From Thermodesulfobacteriota bacterium (lineage in GTDB: Bacteria > Desulfobacterota > Desulfobacteria > Desulfobacterales > C00003060): a stretch of 64,000 nucleotides of DNA. Both the position numbers and the translations under genes were made by a program. The notes beneath the pieces are model-generated. The model saw nothing but the letters and a program-made list of their open reading frames with translations. It was not told where the DNA came from and did not search any database. Position 1 is the stretch's first letter; the number at the start of each line of letters is the position of its first letter. Below are positions 10,409-20,427 of the stretch, piece by piece. The stretch spans positions 32,001 through 96,000 of the forward strand of contig JAXHVD010000012.1 in assembly GCA_034189385.1 (NCBI GenBank). Reading direction: 5' to 3'.

Positions 10409-11476
10409 ATGGACCGATTTGAAGCTAACAGATTACCCGTACTCATTGGGAGCCTCCCCATTGCCGACCATGGGGCGGCCATCCGTATGGTCTTCGAATA
10501 CACGCCGGAAATCCCTCTTTGGGTGCAACTCCCAGCCTACCCAGAAGAGGGCATGATGGTTCAGTTCCTCCCCGGAATGCCAGGCGTTGTCCGCAAAGAA
10601 GGGCGGGCTTTTGTAGATACCATGGCATCGGGTTATGAGGAAGAGTTGCTGACATTTTATGAAGATTATCTGCTGGTTACAGAAGGCAATGCCCCCTTGG
10701 ACAGCACCCGATTTATCCTCACAGAGGACACTGCCAAGGGCTTTTTTGCTTTTCTTGATGCCCTGAAGAATACTTCCCAGATCCCTGTGGCCCTGAAGGG
10801 GCAGATTACCGGACCTGTAACCTTGGCCACAGCGTTGACCGATCAGGACAAACGAGCCCTTTTTTATGATGAACGGCTCCTGGACGTAGTGGTCAAGACC
10901 CTTGCCCTGAAGGCCCGGTGGCAGGTTGAGAAACTGAGTCAATGGGGCCTGCCGGCCATAGTCTTTATAGACGAGCCAGGCTTGGCAGGATTTGGCACCT
11001 CTGCCTTCATCAGCATCTCCCGTGAAGATGTTGGCAGGGTCCTTTCAGACGTGATTGAGGCTATCCATCTTGCCGGCGGCCTTGCCGGGGTTCACGTGTG
11101 TGCAAATACGGACTGGTCGCTCATCTTGGATTCTTCGGCAGACATACTCAGTTTTGATGCCTATGGTTTTTTTGACCGGTTAGCCCTTTTCCAGGAAGGT
11201 CTTAGGCGTTTCTTTGATCAGGGTCGGATCCTCGCCTGGGGGATTGTCCCAACCTCAGACGGCCATGACATCGAAAAAGAGACAGGCCCCAGCCTGGTAG
11301 CAAAATGGCAAGCCCAGGTGGCGCACCTAGAAAGCCTTGGAATAGACCATGACAGGATCTTGGCCCAGTGCCTCATCACGCCCAGCTGTGGGACCGGGTC
11401 CCTTACCGTCGATCAGGCCATGAAGGTCCTGGAAATGACCCAGCAGGTCTCTCAACTCCTCCGCTCCCAGTCCTGA
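10409..11476 (+). CDS. Short MetE catalytic-domain protein (core, MesB-like methionine synthase)
   Basis: IGSLP start, WVQLP, KGQITGPVT, FIDEP, Zn ligands HVC and ITPSCG; ~355 aa with no N-terminal folate-binding half. Confidence 0.72.
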   Translation: MDRFEANRLPVLIGSLPIADHGAAIRMVFEYTPEIPLWVQLPAYPEEGMMVQFLPGMPGVVRKEGRAFVDTMASGYEEELLTFYEDYLLVTEGNAPLDSTRFILTEDTAKGFFAFLDALKNTSQIPVALKGQITGPVTLATALTDQDKRALFYDERLLDVVVKTLALKARWQVEKLSQWGLPAIVFIDEPGLAGFGTSAFISISREDVGRVLSDVIEAIHLAGGLAGVHVCANTDWSLILDSSADILSFDAYGFFDRLALFQEGLRRFFDQGRILAWGIVPTSDGHDIEKETGPSLVAKWQAQVAHLESLGIDHDRILAQCLITPSCGTGSLTVDQAMKVLEMTQQVSQLLRSQS

Positions 11477-11637
11477 GGTCCCAAGTCTGATGCATCAATT
11501 TCTTCTGGAACTAAGCCTGGAATGCGGTTAAATGGACGGGGGGGTAAAACCTTGAGCAGTCTCCATGCCTTTATTGAGGCCATGGGACTCCGGACGTGTG
11601 CAGCAAGCTCGGAACAGGCCCTACGGCAAAGAAGCCA

Positions 11638-12066
11638 TTACAGGATAGCCAGTAGATCTATCTCAAAAAAGAGGTTCATGCCTGCCAGAGGATGGTTGGC
11701 ATCGAGCGTTACGTTCTGGTCTGAGATGTCTTTTACGGTAACTGGGGTCGTGTGACCGTCTGGCCGCACCATGTCGAATTGCTGTCCAATGGCGATTTCC
11801 ATGCCTGCAGGCACCTCTCTCCGGTCAATCTTGTGTACCTTCCGTTCCTGGTATGGCCCGAATCCCTCCTTTGCGGTGATGGTGGTAAATCTCGATTCAC
11901 CGGGACGCATGCCAAGGACAGCCCTTTCAAGCCCGGAGACAACTTGCGAGCCGCCTATCTCAAACTGGACGGGAGCAAGGTCCTCAGAACTATCCAGTAC
12001 AGTGCCGTCTGCAAGTCTCCTTGTGTAGTGAACTCTGACAGTGTCTCCTCTCTCTACCCTTTTCAT
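11638..12066 (-). CDS. FKBP-type peptidyl-prolyl cis-trans isomerase (SlyD/FkpB-like, no His-rich tail)
   Basis: GDTVRVHYT, DGTVLDSS, GLERAVLGM, LDANHPLAG; RBS AGGAGAGGA. Confidence 0.95.
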   Translation of the reverse strand: MKRVERGDTVRVHYTRRLADGTVLDSSEDLAPVQFEIGGSQVVSGLERAVLGMRPGESRFTTITAKEGFGPYQERKVHKIDRREVPAGMEIAIGQQFDMVRPDGHTTPVTVKDISDQNVTLDANHPLAGMNLFFEIDLLAIL

Positions 12067-12265
12067 GTCCTCTCCTGAATTCCACGCAAGGCCTCTCCGC
12101 GAAGGTGTCATCTGTTGAGCCAATCGAGTTGCCTAGGCGTCCGTTTCGGGTGATACACAGGGGTCAAGACTGCGCAATTGACTTGATTTAAGGTGGGAAG
12201 ACAGGCTATTCCAAACTTAACTTCCAGCACCAATTGTCCGAACGCAGATTATTTTAGCTGAAACT

Positions 12266-12292
12266 ATTATACCAACGAGGCGGCTTTGTCAA
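12266..12292 (-). promoter_or_regulatory. Possible sigma70 promoter for the FKBP gene
   Basis: Minus strand TTGACA-N15-TATAAT; perfect hexamers but a short spacer. Confidence 0.4.
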
Positions 12293-12719
12293 GCCGTCAA
12301 GGGCATATGGTACCTTTATGCAGCGGATTATCGCCGGAACAAGAGGGTATTTAGCTTCAAACCTTATTTATATTAACAGGTTGTTGGGTCGCGTATATCT
12401 GGATAGATGTTGGCAATAGGGGAAACAGCTTTTTGGGGCGTACAATCCCTCTTGGTGGCCTGTGGGTGGTGTAGATAGAAATGGCTAAGTGGGTGCTACC
12501 ATCACTATGGCGACAACGAGACCCCTTCTGTGGAGACCAGTTCTGCCACGAAATGCCCGACTATTACCTTGCTCTTGGCCTTTACCACTAGCCGGCGGGG
12601 GTCTGCCGTAACCCAACGGCAGAATAACGCTGCATTTACCACTTGTTGACATTTTGTCCCATACTTGACAACGTGTGGGAAGTCAAGATCGGAAGGCCGT
12701 CAGGCTGGGAAGGAGACCT

Positions 12720-12914
12720 ATGATGATTATTCCTCAGGACCAAGCGCGAGAGAAAATCTGCCCGCTCATGACTGCTATGAGAAGTAAGGATGAGAAAGAA
12801 AAGTATGGGCCGGTCTACTGTGTGGGACGGGATTGTATGCTTTGGTGCTGGGTTCGACAGAAAAGCGAATCCGATTTCGGTTACTGTGGCCTGGCCGGGA
12901 AATCAGAAGCATAG
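12720..12914 (+). CDS. Small Cys-rich hypothetical protein (possible metal-binding)
   Basis: RBS AGGAG before ATG 12720; 64 aa with CP...CxxxxCMLWxW...GYCGLAG. Confidence 0.65.
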   Translation: MMIIPQDQAREKICPLMTAMRSKDEKEKYGPVYCVGRDCMLWCWVRQKSESDFGYCGLAGKSEA

Positions 12915-13114
12915 GCTCTCACCAACAGAAGCCAAGAGATTGCTAAACCATCTCCAAGCACGCCATTTGATCATCTCAAAAATCACTTTCCACCCACCTC
13001 TTCACCGAGGCCGAAGTCGCCATCCCACGAATTTGGACGTCCTTCTCCGACCCCACAGAAATCGGTAACATGCCGAAAAGACATCTACACGGGTGCACAA
13101 AACTGCCTGCACCC

Positions 13115-13142
13115 TTGACAAGCGGCAAAATGTGTTTATTAT
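13115..13142 (+). promoter_or_regulatory. Putative sigma70 promoter of the gld-like/moxR-bat run
   Basis: TTGACA-N16-TATTAT, with GGGTGCA-N10-TGCACCC immediately upstream of the -35. Confidence 0.5.
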
Positions 13143-13365
13143 GTCTTCCAATTACACATATGTCTGTAAAATAAGCGGCTTAACCATCATACTCCCATGC
13201 TTTTTGTCAAAACGCTTGACATGATGACCGGGGAACCGGGTACAACTGTCCTTGAACGTGTCATAGCGCCTATTCCCATAACAATTGAAGCAAAGCGGCC
13301 TCGGCCTGATCTACTGATTCTATTCCTAACCCCCTGAGATGAGGGGGAAAGACAAGGAGAAAGAC

Positions 13366-14313
13366 ATGATCCATGTTGAGAACTTGACCAAGAACTTCCA
13401 TGATCTGTGCGCGGTGGATCAAATCAACTTCGATGTCCGCAAGGGGGAAATCCTGGGGCTCCTAGGGCCTAATGGGGCCGGAAAGACAACTACCCTTCGC
13501 ATGCTCACCTGCTTTTTGAAACCTACTTCAGGCAGTGTCCGGGTCAAGGACTTTACCATTGACGAGCATGCCCTTGAGATCAAAAAGCTTCTCGGATATC
13601 TCCCTGAATCCGCGCCCCTCTATCATGACATGTTGGTCTACGACTATTTGAACTACGTGGCTAATATCCGGGGACTCAAGGGAGATGAGAAGCTCTCGCG
13701 AATCCGAAGGTTAGCCGATCTTTGCGGTGTCAACGAGGTCATGCACCAGCCCATTAATGAACTGTCCAAGGGGTACAAACAAAGGGTCGGCCTGGCCCAT
13801 GCCATGATGAACGACCCTGAGATACTGGTCTTAGACGAGCCAACCTCCGGCCTGGATCCCAACCAAATCGTTGAGATTCGGGACATTATCAGACAGATCG
13901 GCAAGGAAAAGACCGTTATCTTGTCGACCCATATCCTCAGTGAAGCCGAGGCCACCTGTGACCGTGTGGTCATCATCAATCGGGGAAAAATCGCGGCAGA
14001 CAGCAGCATGGAAACGCTCAAGCAGTCGGCCAGTGGAGAATACTTCATTAACCTTTGCCTTCAGAATACCCGGTTTGAGCCGGTGAAGGAGGCCTTCGGT
14101 GCCGTGGGCGGCATTGGAGACATCTCCTTGACCCATGTGGACCAGGGCGATGATGGCGACACCCTACAGGTGAGACTTACCTGCCAGTGCACTGAAGACC
14201 TTCGAGGAAAGATCTACCAAAAGGTCAAACAGACCGACTGGGTCCTTTTGGAGCTTCAGCGGGAAAGCAAGACCCTTGAAAACGTGTTCCGAGAACTTAC
14301 CAGGGAGAGCTGA
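13366..14313 (+). CDS. ABC transporter ATP-binding protein (GldA-like)
   Basis: Walker A GPNGAGKTT, signature LSKGYKQRVGLA, Walker B LVLDEPT, STHIL. Confidence 0.93.
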   Translation: MIHVENLTKNFHDLCAVDQINFDVRKGEILGLLGPNGAGKTTTLRMLTCFLKPTSGSVRVKDFTIDEHALEIKKLLGYLPESAPLYHDMLVYDYLNYVANIRGLKGDEKLSRIRRLADLCGVNEVMHQPINELSKGYKQRVGLAHAMMNDPEILVLDEPTSGLDPNQIVEIRDIIRQIGKEKTVILSTHILSEAEATCDRVVIINRGKIAADSSMETLKQSASGEYFINLCLQNTRFEPVKEAFGAVGGIGDISLTHVDQGDDGDTLQVRLTCQCTEDLRGKIYQKVKQTDWVLLELQRESKTLENVFRELTRES

Positions 14314-14314
14314 T

Positions 14315-15019
14315 ATGCAACAGGTTTTACATGTCCTGAACAAGGAGTTTCGTGTCTATTTCGTCTCCCCCATTGCCTATATTGTCATCTCCATATTCCT
14401 TCTGGTGACGGGGTGGTTCTTCTTCACTACTTTCTTTCTCCACAATCAGGCCAATGTGCGTAACTTCTTTGCCATGCTGCCCATTATTTTCTCTTTTGTT
14501 GTGCCGGCCATTACCATGCGGCTCTTTTCAGAAGAGCTGAATGTGGGGTCCTACGAAACCCTTCTCACCATGCCGTTGACCTTCGTCGATGTGATCCTGG
14601 GCAAGTTTTTGGCTGCCGTGGCATTTGTGGGGGCTGCGCTGATCCCAACCCTTTCCTATCCCATTACGGTGGCCTGCCTCGGCCAACTCGATTGGGGTCC
14701 GGTCGTAGGCGGATACCTCGGGGCCGTTCTGCTGGCCGGGGCCTTTTCTGCCGTTGGGCTCTTTGCGTCATCTCTGACCCGCAACCAGATCATCGCCTTC
14801 ATTATCGGCGTTGCTATCTGCTTCAGTCTGACCCTAGTAGACAAGATGCTCTTCTTTCTTCCCCAATCACTGGTGGGGATCTTGGAGTATATAGGAGCAG
14901 ATTTTCACTTTCACAACATCTCAAAAGGCATCATTGATTCACGGGACGTCCTCTACTTCTTAAGCGTGAGCTTTGTCGGCCTCTATGGTGCGCATCTGGC
15001 CATGGAAGAGAAGAATTAA
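14315..15019 (+). CDS. ABC-2 permease (GldF-like)
   Basis: KEFRVYFVSPIAY, PAITMRLFSEE, ILGKFLA, SSLTRNQIIAF, GIIDSRDVLYF; about six TM segments. Confidence 0.92.
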   Translation: MQQVLHVLNKEFRVYFVSPIAYIVISIFLLVTGWFFFTTFFLHNQANVRNFFAMLPIIFSFVVPAITMRLFSEELNVGSYETLLTMPLTFVDVILGKFLAAVAFVGAALIPTLSYPITVACLGQLDWGPVVGGYLGAVLLAGAFSAVGLFASSLTRNQIIAFIIGVAICFSLTLVDKMLFFLPQSLVGILEYIGADFHFHNISKGIIDSRDVLYFLSVSFVGLYGAHLAMEEKN

Positions 15020-15030
15020 GGAGAACTAGA

Positions 15031-17244
15031 ATGGGCCTCAAAGACCGATCGGCAAAATATGTTAGATTCTTCGCCTACCTGGCGGTCATCGTCTTAGTCA
15101 ACGTGGCCGGCATCACCCTGTTTTTCAGGTGGGACCTGACGGGCAACAAGATCTACTCCATCTCCAAGGCCAGCCAAGAGGTCGTGTCCACCCTTTCTGA
15201 GCCTTTGACCATCAACGTTTTTTTCACCAAGAACCTTCCTGCACCCCACAATAATACAGAGCGGTATCTCCATGACCTGCTTCAAGAATACGCCATCTAC
15301 GGCAACCAGTACTTCAACTACCGTTTTTATGATGTGAGCCCAGACGAGGGAGACATCGACGAAAAAGCAAAGGTCAACCAGGAGCTGGCAAGAAACTATG
15401 GGATTCACCCTGTCCAGATGCAGGTCATCGAAGAAGACGAAGTCAAATTTCAAAAGGCGTACATGGGCCTTGTGTTGATCCATGGGGATCTCATTGAACG
15501 AATTCCCGCCATCACGTCCACCGATGGCCTCGAGTACCAGGTCACAACGGCGATTCAGAAACTCAACAACAAGATTAGTGCACTGCTGCGGCTACGGGAG
15601 AAAATACAGGTGAAGCTGTATCTCTCCTCCTCCCTTAAGATCGTGGCCCCATACATGCGGCTGAACCAGCTTTCCGATTTTCCGAAACAGCTTGAAGGCA
15701 TTGTGGAAAAGCTAAATAACAAAAACTATGGGAAGCTGGAATTTCAGTACATCGATCCTGCGCAGGATGAAGACCTAGAACCTGTTCTAAAAGAACACAA
15801 CATCATGAAGATCAAGTGGCCTGCCCTGTCTAACGGGAAGATCCAACCGGGTGAAGGCGCCATTGGCCTAGTCATGGAGTACGGGGAAAAGGCAGTGGAG
15901 ATTCCCCTCATTCACGTGATCAGGATTCCTCTCCTTGGCAAGCACTATGAACTGGTGGATTTGAACAGCATGGAAGAGATTGTCAATGAAAGCGTGGAAT
16001 CGCTCATCGACATCAACGAAGATCTAGGCTATCTGGCAAGCCATGACACCCTGAAGCGCTTTGATGCCTCACCTGCGGACCCTATGGCCCAACAGGATGC
16101 CCTGTCCAACTTCCAGGCCCTTGCGTCGCGGGGCTACACCATCAAAGATGTGGATCTTAAAGACGGCCCTATCCCTGAAAGCGTCAATTGTCTCGTTGTT
16201 TCCCGGCCAACAGAGACATTTACCGACTATGAACTCTTCCAGCTGGATCAGTTCTTGATGCGCGGCAAAAACCTCGCCTTGTTTCTGGATACCTTCAAGG
16301 AAGTCATGCCTCCCATGGACAGGGGGATGTCCTTCCGCCAGGGCCCAACCTATGAGCCCTTGGACACAGGACTGGAGAAGCTATTAGAACACTATGGTGT
16401 CCGTATCAAAAAGTCCTACGTCCTGGATGAAAATTGCTACAAGCAGAGAATGCCCGAAAGATTTGGAGGGGGAGAACAGGCCATCTATTTTGCCCCTATC
16501 ATCAAGAACCAGGCCATCAACCACGATTTGGCCTTCGTCAACAATATTAAAGGCCTCATTGCCATGAAGATTTCTCCTTTGGAGCTGGACACGGAACGGA
16601 TTAAGGAAAACGGCCTGACTGCGCGGCGGGTCTTTTCCTCTTCCGATCAAGCTTGGGAGATGAAGGGCAGAATCAATCTGAACCCCATGTTTATCCGCCC
16701 GCCCCAATCGGATGATGAAAAGAAGAGTCTCCCCCTGGCCTACGTCCTGGAAGGGGAATTTCCCAGCTATTTTGCCGGAAAGCCGATTCCTGAGAAGGAA
16801 GCCAAAAAGGATGATTCTGAAGATGATTCTGAAAAGGGTAAAAAGGAAAAAGAGAAGAAGCCGGCAGACGAGAAGCCTGATGTGGACCTGTCCGAGATCA
16901 AGGACGAAGGGGCCTTTGTCTCCAAGGGCAAGGCGGGGAAAGTCTTTTTGATTGCCACGTCCGAGATCCTAAAAGACAATATGCTGGATGAAACAGGAAG
17001 AACTCCCAACGCCATGTTCGTCATGAACGTGTTGGACTTTTTGAACAACCGGGAAGAGATTGCCGACATGCGGAGCAAGGAGCAGCTTTTCAACCCCCTG
17101 GACGACACGGCACCGGGGACAAAGACCTTTGTCAAGTCCTTTAATATTATAGGATTGCCAGTTCTTGTGGTCCTCTTCGGGCTCATGGTCTGGTTCCGCC
17201 GGCATTCCAGGAAGAAGCGTATCCAGATGATGTTTCAGAAATAG
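15031..17244 (+). CDS. GldG-family ABC auxiliary periplasmic component
   Basis: N- and C-terminal TMs, RWDLTGNKIYSIS, LEYQVTTAI, LDQFLMRG, C-terminal MRSK...PL. Confidence 0.9.
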   Translation: MGLKDRSAKYVRFFAYLAVIVLVNVAGITLFFRWDLTGNKIYSISKASQEVVSTLSEPLTINVFFTKNLPAPHNNTERYLHDLLQEYAIYGNQYFNYRFYDVSPDEGDIDEKAKVNQELARNYGIHPVQMQVIEEDEVKFQKAYMGLVLIHGDLIERIPAITSTDGLEYQVTTAIQKLNNKISALLRLREKIQVKLYLSSSLKIVAPYMRLNQLSDFPKQLEGIVEKLNNKNYGKLEFQYIDPAQDEDLEPVLKEHNIMKIKWPALSNGKIQPGEGAIGLVMEYGEKAVEIPLIHVIRIPLLGKHYELVDLNSMEEIVNESVESLIDINEDLGYLASHDTLKRFDASPADPMAQQDALSNFQALASRGYTIKDVDLKDGPIPESVNCLVVSRPTETFTDYELFQLDQFLMRGKNLALFLDTFKEVMPPMDRGMSFRQGPTYEPLDTGLEKLLEHYGVRIKKSYVLDENCYKQRMPERFGGGEQAIYFAPIIKNQAINHDLAFVNNIKGLIAMKISPLELDTERIKENGLTARRVFSSSDQAWEMKGRINLNPMFIRPPQSDDEKKSLPLAYVLEGEFPSYFAGKPIPEKEAKKDDSEDDSEKGKKEKEKKPADEKPDVDLSEIKDEGAFVSKGKAGKVFLIATSEILKDNMLDETGRTPNAMFVMNVLDFLNNREEIADMRSKEQLFNPLDDTAPGTKTFVKSFNIIGLPVLVVLFGLMVWFRRHSRKKRIQMMFQK

Positions 17245-17266
17245 AAGAGAATTGGGGAGAGCACTC

Positions 17267-18244
17267 ATGAAGGTGAAAAAAGAGTATATCATCCTTGGGG
17301 CCGTGATTGTGGCCCTGTCTGTGTATCTGGTTTTTCACGATCCTGACAGAACCCATTATGAGCTGCCCACGATCCCTGAGATGGCTGAAGTGGACATCTC
17401 CAAAATCGAGATCTCCAAGGCAGGCACCACCATCGTTTTGAACAAAAAAGACGATCAATGGTACATTGCCCCAGAGGGATATCTTGTTGATACCCATAGG
17501 GTAGAGGCCATGCTTGACGGCATGGAAACCCTTACAGTGACGGCCCTGGTGTCGGAATCAGAAAGCTTCGGCAGGTACGATCTGGACAGCGACAAGAAGA
17601 TTGCGGTGAAGGCCTGGCAGGGAGAAACACTGAAAAGGAGCTTTGACGTGGGAAAGACGGCCAGCTCCTTTCAACACACCTTTGTAAAGCTGTCTGGCGA
17701 TGACCGCGTCTATCACGGCAGGGGAAACTTCAGGGACCAATTCGACCAGACGGTTGATGGCTTAAGGGACAAGACTGTTATGGCTTTTGATCAAAAAGAC
17801 ATCCAGGAAATACAGATGACCAAGGGAAAAGAAACTTTTGCTTTCAAGCGTACCGAGATCCCAGTGGAAGTAACCGCCGGTGAGAAGGATGCCGAGGCTG
17901 CTCCATCCTCTGAAGGGGAGGCCAAAATGATCTGGCAGACCGCCGACGGCAAAGAGGGCGATGAAGCCAAGATCGACAGATTCCTCAACACCCTTTCCAA
18001 CCTTCGCTGTGAGAAATACATTGACGACAAGAAGAAAGAGGACTTCACTGACCCTATTTGCACGGCTCAGCTAAAGGGCATGGAAGAATATACCCTTTCC
18101 ATCTTCACCAAAAAGGATAAAGACGCCAATCAGTACCCAGCCATATCTTCTGAAAATGACTATCCTTTTCTGCTCCCGAAATGGCAGGCTGACAACCTGA
18201 TGAAAAAACCTGACGACATGCTCAAGAAGCCTGACGAATCATAA
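17267..18244 (+). CDS. DUF4340-like membrane-anchored protein
   Basis: N-terminal TM, repeated W-x..D...L..L..L units and LRDK motif; usual position after gldG-like genes. Confidence 0.8.
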   Translation: MKVKKEYIILGAVIVALSVYLVFHDPDRTHYELPTIPEMAEVDISKIEISKAGTTIVLNKKDDQWYIAPEGYLVDTHRVEAMLDGMETLTVTALVSESESFGRYDLDSDKKIAVKAWQGETLKRSFDVGKTASSFQHTFVKLSGDDRVYHGRGNFRDQFDQTVDGLRDKTVMAFDQKDIQEIQMTKGKETFAFKRTEIPVEVTAGEKDAEAAPSSEGEAKMIWQTADGKEGDEAKIDRFLNTLSNLRCEKYIDDKKKEDFTDPICTAQLKGMEEYTLSIFTKKDKDANQYPAISSENDYPFLLPKWQADNLMKKPDDMLKKPDES

Positions 18245-18322
18245 TCCTGCCAAGAGACGGTCTTTGTCCAGACCATACCGAGCCCCAAAGATGCACGTCC
18301 AATAGTGAAGAGGAGAGCGCTG

Positions 18323-19303
18323 ATGGATATACAGGAAACCACCCAGAGGGTCGAAAAGCAGAGCGTCATCTTTCGTCACATCATGGCGGAGATAGAAAAG
18401 GTCGTGGTGGGACAGAAAAACCTTGTGGAAAGAATGTTGATCGGCCTCATGTGCGACGGCCATCTCCTTTTAGAGGGCCTTCCAGGGCTGGCCAAGACAA
18501 CGGCTGTCAAGACCTTGGCAGCGGCTATCAAAACCACCTTTCAAAGAATCCAGTTCACGCCCGATCTCCTGCCAGCAGACATCCTGGGCACCCAAATTTA
18601 CAGGCCGGACAGGGCGACCTTTGAAATCAAGAAAGGCCCCATCTTCCATAATATCATCCTGGCAGACGAGATCAACCGGGCACCGGCCAAGGTCCAGAGC
18701 GCCCTCTTGGAAGCCATGCAGGAGCGGCAGGTCACGATCGGGGAGACCACCTTTGTCCTTGAAAAACCCTTTCTGGTTCTGGCTACACAGAACCCCATAG
18801 AACAAGAAGGTACCTATCCCCTTCCCGAGGCCCAGATAGATCGGTTCATGATGAAGATCAAGGTCGATTATCCCACGGCTCAGGAAGAAAAAGAGATCAT
18901 GGCACGGGTAAACAGTGGGGCAGCCGAAAACGTCACCGGTGTGGTGGAGGTCTCCCAGATGGAATCGGCCAGGCAGACCTTGCAGTCCATCCACATGGAA
19001 GAGAAGATTGCAGACTACATTATCCGTATTACCAGGGCCACCCGAAATCCTCAGGAGGCTGGCCTGGAATTGGGCTTCATGATCAGCTATGGGGCCTCAC
19101 CCAGGGCCTCCATATGGCTCGCCCAGGCTTCCCGTGCCCATGCATTCCTGAGCGGACGGGGCTATGTCACACCCCAGGACGTGAAGTCCATGGCCCCGGA
19201 CGTACTTCGGCATCGGCTCATATTGAGCTATGAGGCAGAAGCAGAAGGAAAGACCAGCGATGACCTGATCGACATCCTTCTGGAACGTATTGAGGTCCCT
19301 TAG
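18323..19303 (+). CDS. moxR: MoxR family AAA+ ATPase
   Basis: HLLLEGLPGLAKT, RIQFTPDLLPAD, LADEINRAPAKVQSALLEAMQE, ATQNPIEQEGTYPLPEAQ, GASPRA. Confidence 0.97.
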   Translation: MDIQETTQRVEKQSVIFRHIMAEIEKVVVGQKNLVERMLIGLMCDGHLLLEGLPGLAKTTAVKTLAAAIKTTFQRIQFTPDLLPADILGTQIYRPDRATFEIKKGPIFHNIILADEINRAPAKVQSALLEAMQERQVTIGETTFVLEKPFLVLATQNPIEQEGTYPLPEAQIDRFMMKIKVDYPTAQEEKEIMARVNSGAAENVTGVVEVSQMESARQTLQSIHMEEKIADYIIRITRATRNPQEAGLELGFMISYGASPRASIWLAQASRAHAFLSGRGYVTPQDVKSMAPDVLRHRLILSYEAEAEGKTSDDLIDILLERIEVP

Positions 19304-19304
19304 T

Positions 19305-20180
19305 ATGCTCTCTCAGGAGCTCCTGAAAAAGATCCAAAGGTTCCACTTTAAGACCGCCCATCTGGCTAGCGATCTTTTTGCCGGCCAGTACGAGAGCGCC
19401 TTCAAAGGCCGGGGCATGGAGTTTGCCGAGGTCCGGGAGTACCAGCCGGGAGATGACATACGGACCATCGACTGGAACGTCTCAGCCCGTTTCGGCCACC
19501 CCTTTGTGAAGGTCTTTCACGAAGAAAGAGAGCTCACCGTCATGCTCCTTTTGGATCTTTCCGGTTCCCACCTTTTTGGCACCAAGAACAGGTTCAAGCG
19601 GGAACTCCTGGCTGAAGTGGCCGGTATGCTGGCCTTTCTGGCCATACGGACCAATGACAAAGTGGGCGCCATCCTGTTCAGCTCCGGCGTAGAAAAATAC
19701 ATTCCTCCTAAGAAGGGAGCATCCCATGTATGGCGGCTGATCAAGGAGATCTTCACTTACGAGCCCCGGGACCTGACAACCGATGTCGATGCCGTGCTCA
19801 CCTATCTGAATCGGGTAACAAAGCGGCACGCCATTGTTTTTCTGATCTCTGATTGCATGGACACCGGTTTTGAGAAGTCCCTCAGGCTGACGGCCAAGAA
19901 GCATGACCTCACCGTCATTCGCATCTCCGACCCGGCCGAACAGGAGCTTCCTGATGTGGGCCTCATTACCCTTCGCGATCCGGAGACAGGAGAGGTGGCA
20001 GTGGTCAATACGAAAAGCAAGACCCTGAGAAGAAGGTGGCATGACTACCAATCAGAGCAGGCCGCCTACATCTCCCACCTCCTCAGCAGGGCGGGCATTG
20101 ACCTGGTAGACCTGTCCACAGACGGACCGGTGGTCGAACCTCTGACCGGCCTCTTTGATAGAAGAAGAAGGAGGATGTAG
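19305..20180 (+). CDS. DUF58 VWA-like protein
   Basis: GMEFAEVREYQPGDDIRTIDWNVSAR, EEREL, DLSGS, FLISD; follows moxR. Confidence 0.95.
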   Translation: MLSQELLKKIQRFHFKTAHLASDLFAGQYESAFKGRGMEFAEVREYQPGDDIRTIDWNVSARFGHPFVKVFHEERELTVMLLLDLSGSHLFGTKNRFKRELLAEVAGMLAFLAIRTNDKVGAILFSSGVEKYIPPKKGASHVWRLIKEIFTYEPRDLTTDVDAVLTYLNRVTKRHAIVFLISDCMDTGFEKSLRLTAKKHDLTVIRISDPAEQELPDVGLITLRDPETGEVAVVNTKSKTLRRRWHDYQSEQAAYISHLLSRAGIDLVDLSTDGPVVEPLTGLFDRRRRRM

Positions 20181-20199
20181 AATAACTGTCTAGAGTTCG

Positions 20200-20420
20200 A
20201 AGTGTCTAAAATGACTAAAGTTGGGAATGAAATAGGATCGGATTCCGAAGGTTCGAGGGTTCAAGGATTTGGGGTTCAAGTGGAGTGCCTGGCATTTAGA
20301 ACTCCGTGAGACCTTATTCCTAACTGAATCATAGAAGAATCGCATTTCACTTTCGGCCACTCTGGACGCTTTAGTCCACTCTAGGCACTTCCTTTTACTT
20401 TAGATCATTTTAGGTCACTT
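20200..20420. repeat. Intergenic element bounded by 9-10-nt-period inverted repeats
   Basis: Left arm AAGTGTCTAAAATGACTAAAGT (20200-20221); right arm ACTTTAGATCATTTTAGGTCACTT (20397-20420), whose reverse complement is AAGTGACCTAAAATGATCTAAAGT; internal GGTTCRAG copies at 20250-20280. Confidence 0.75.
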
Positions 20421-20427
20421 TTTTCTC

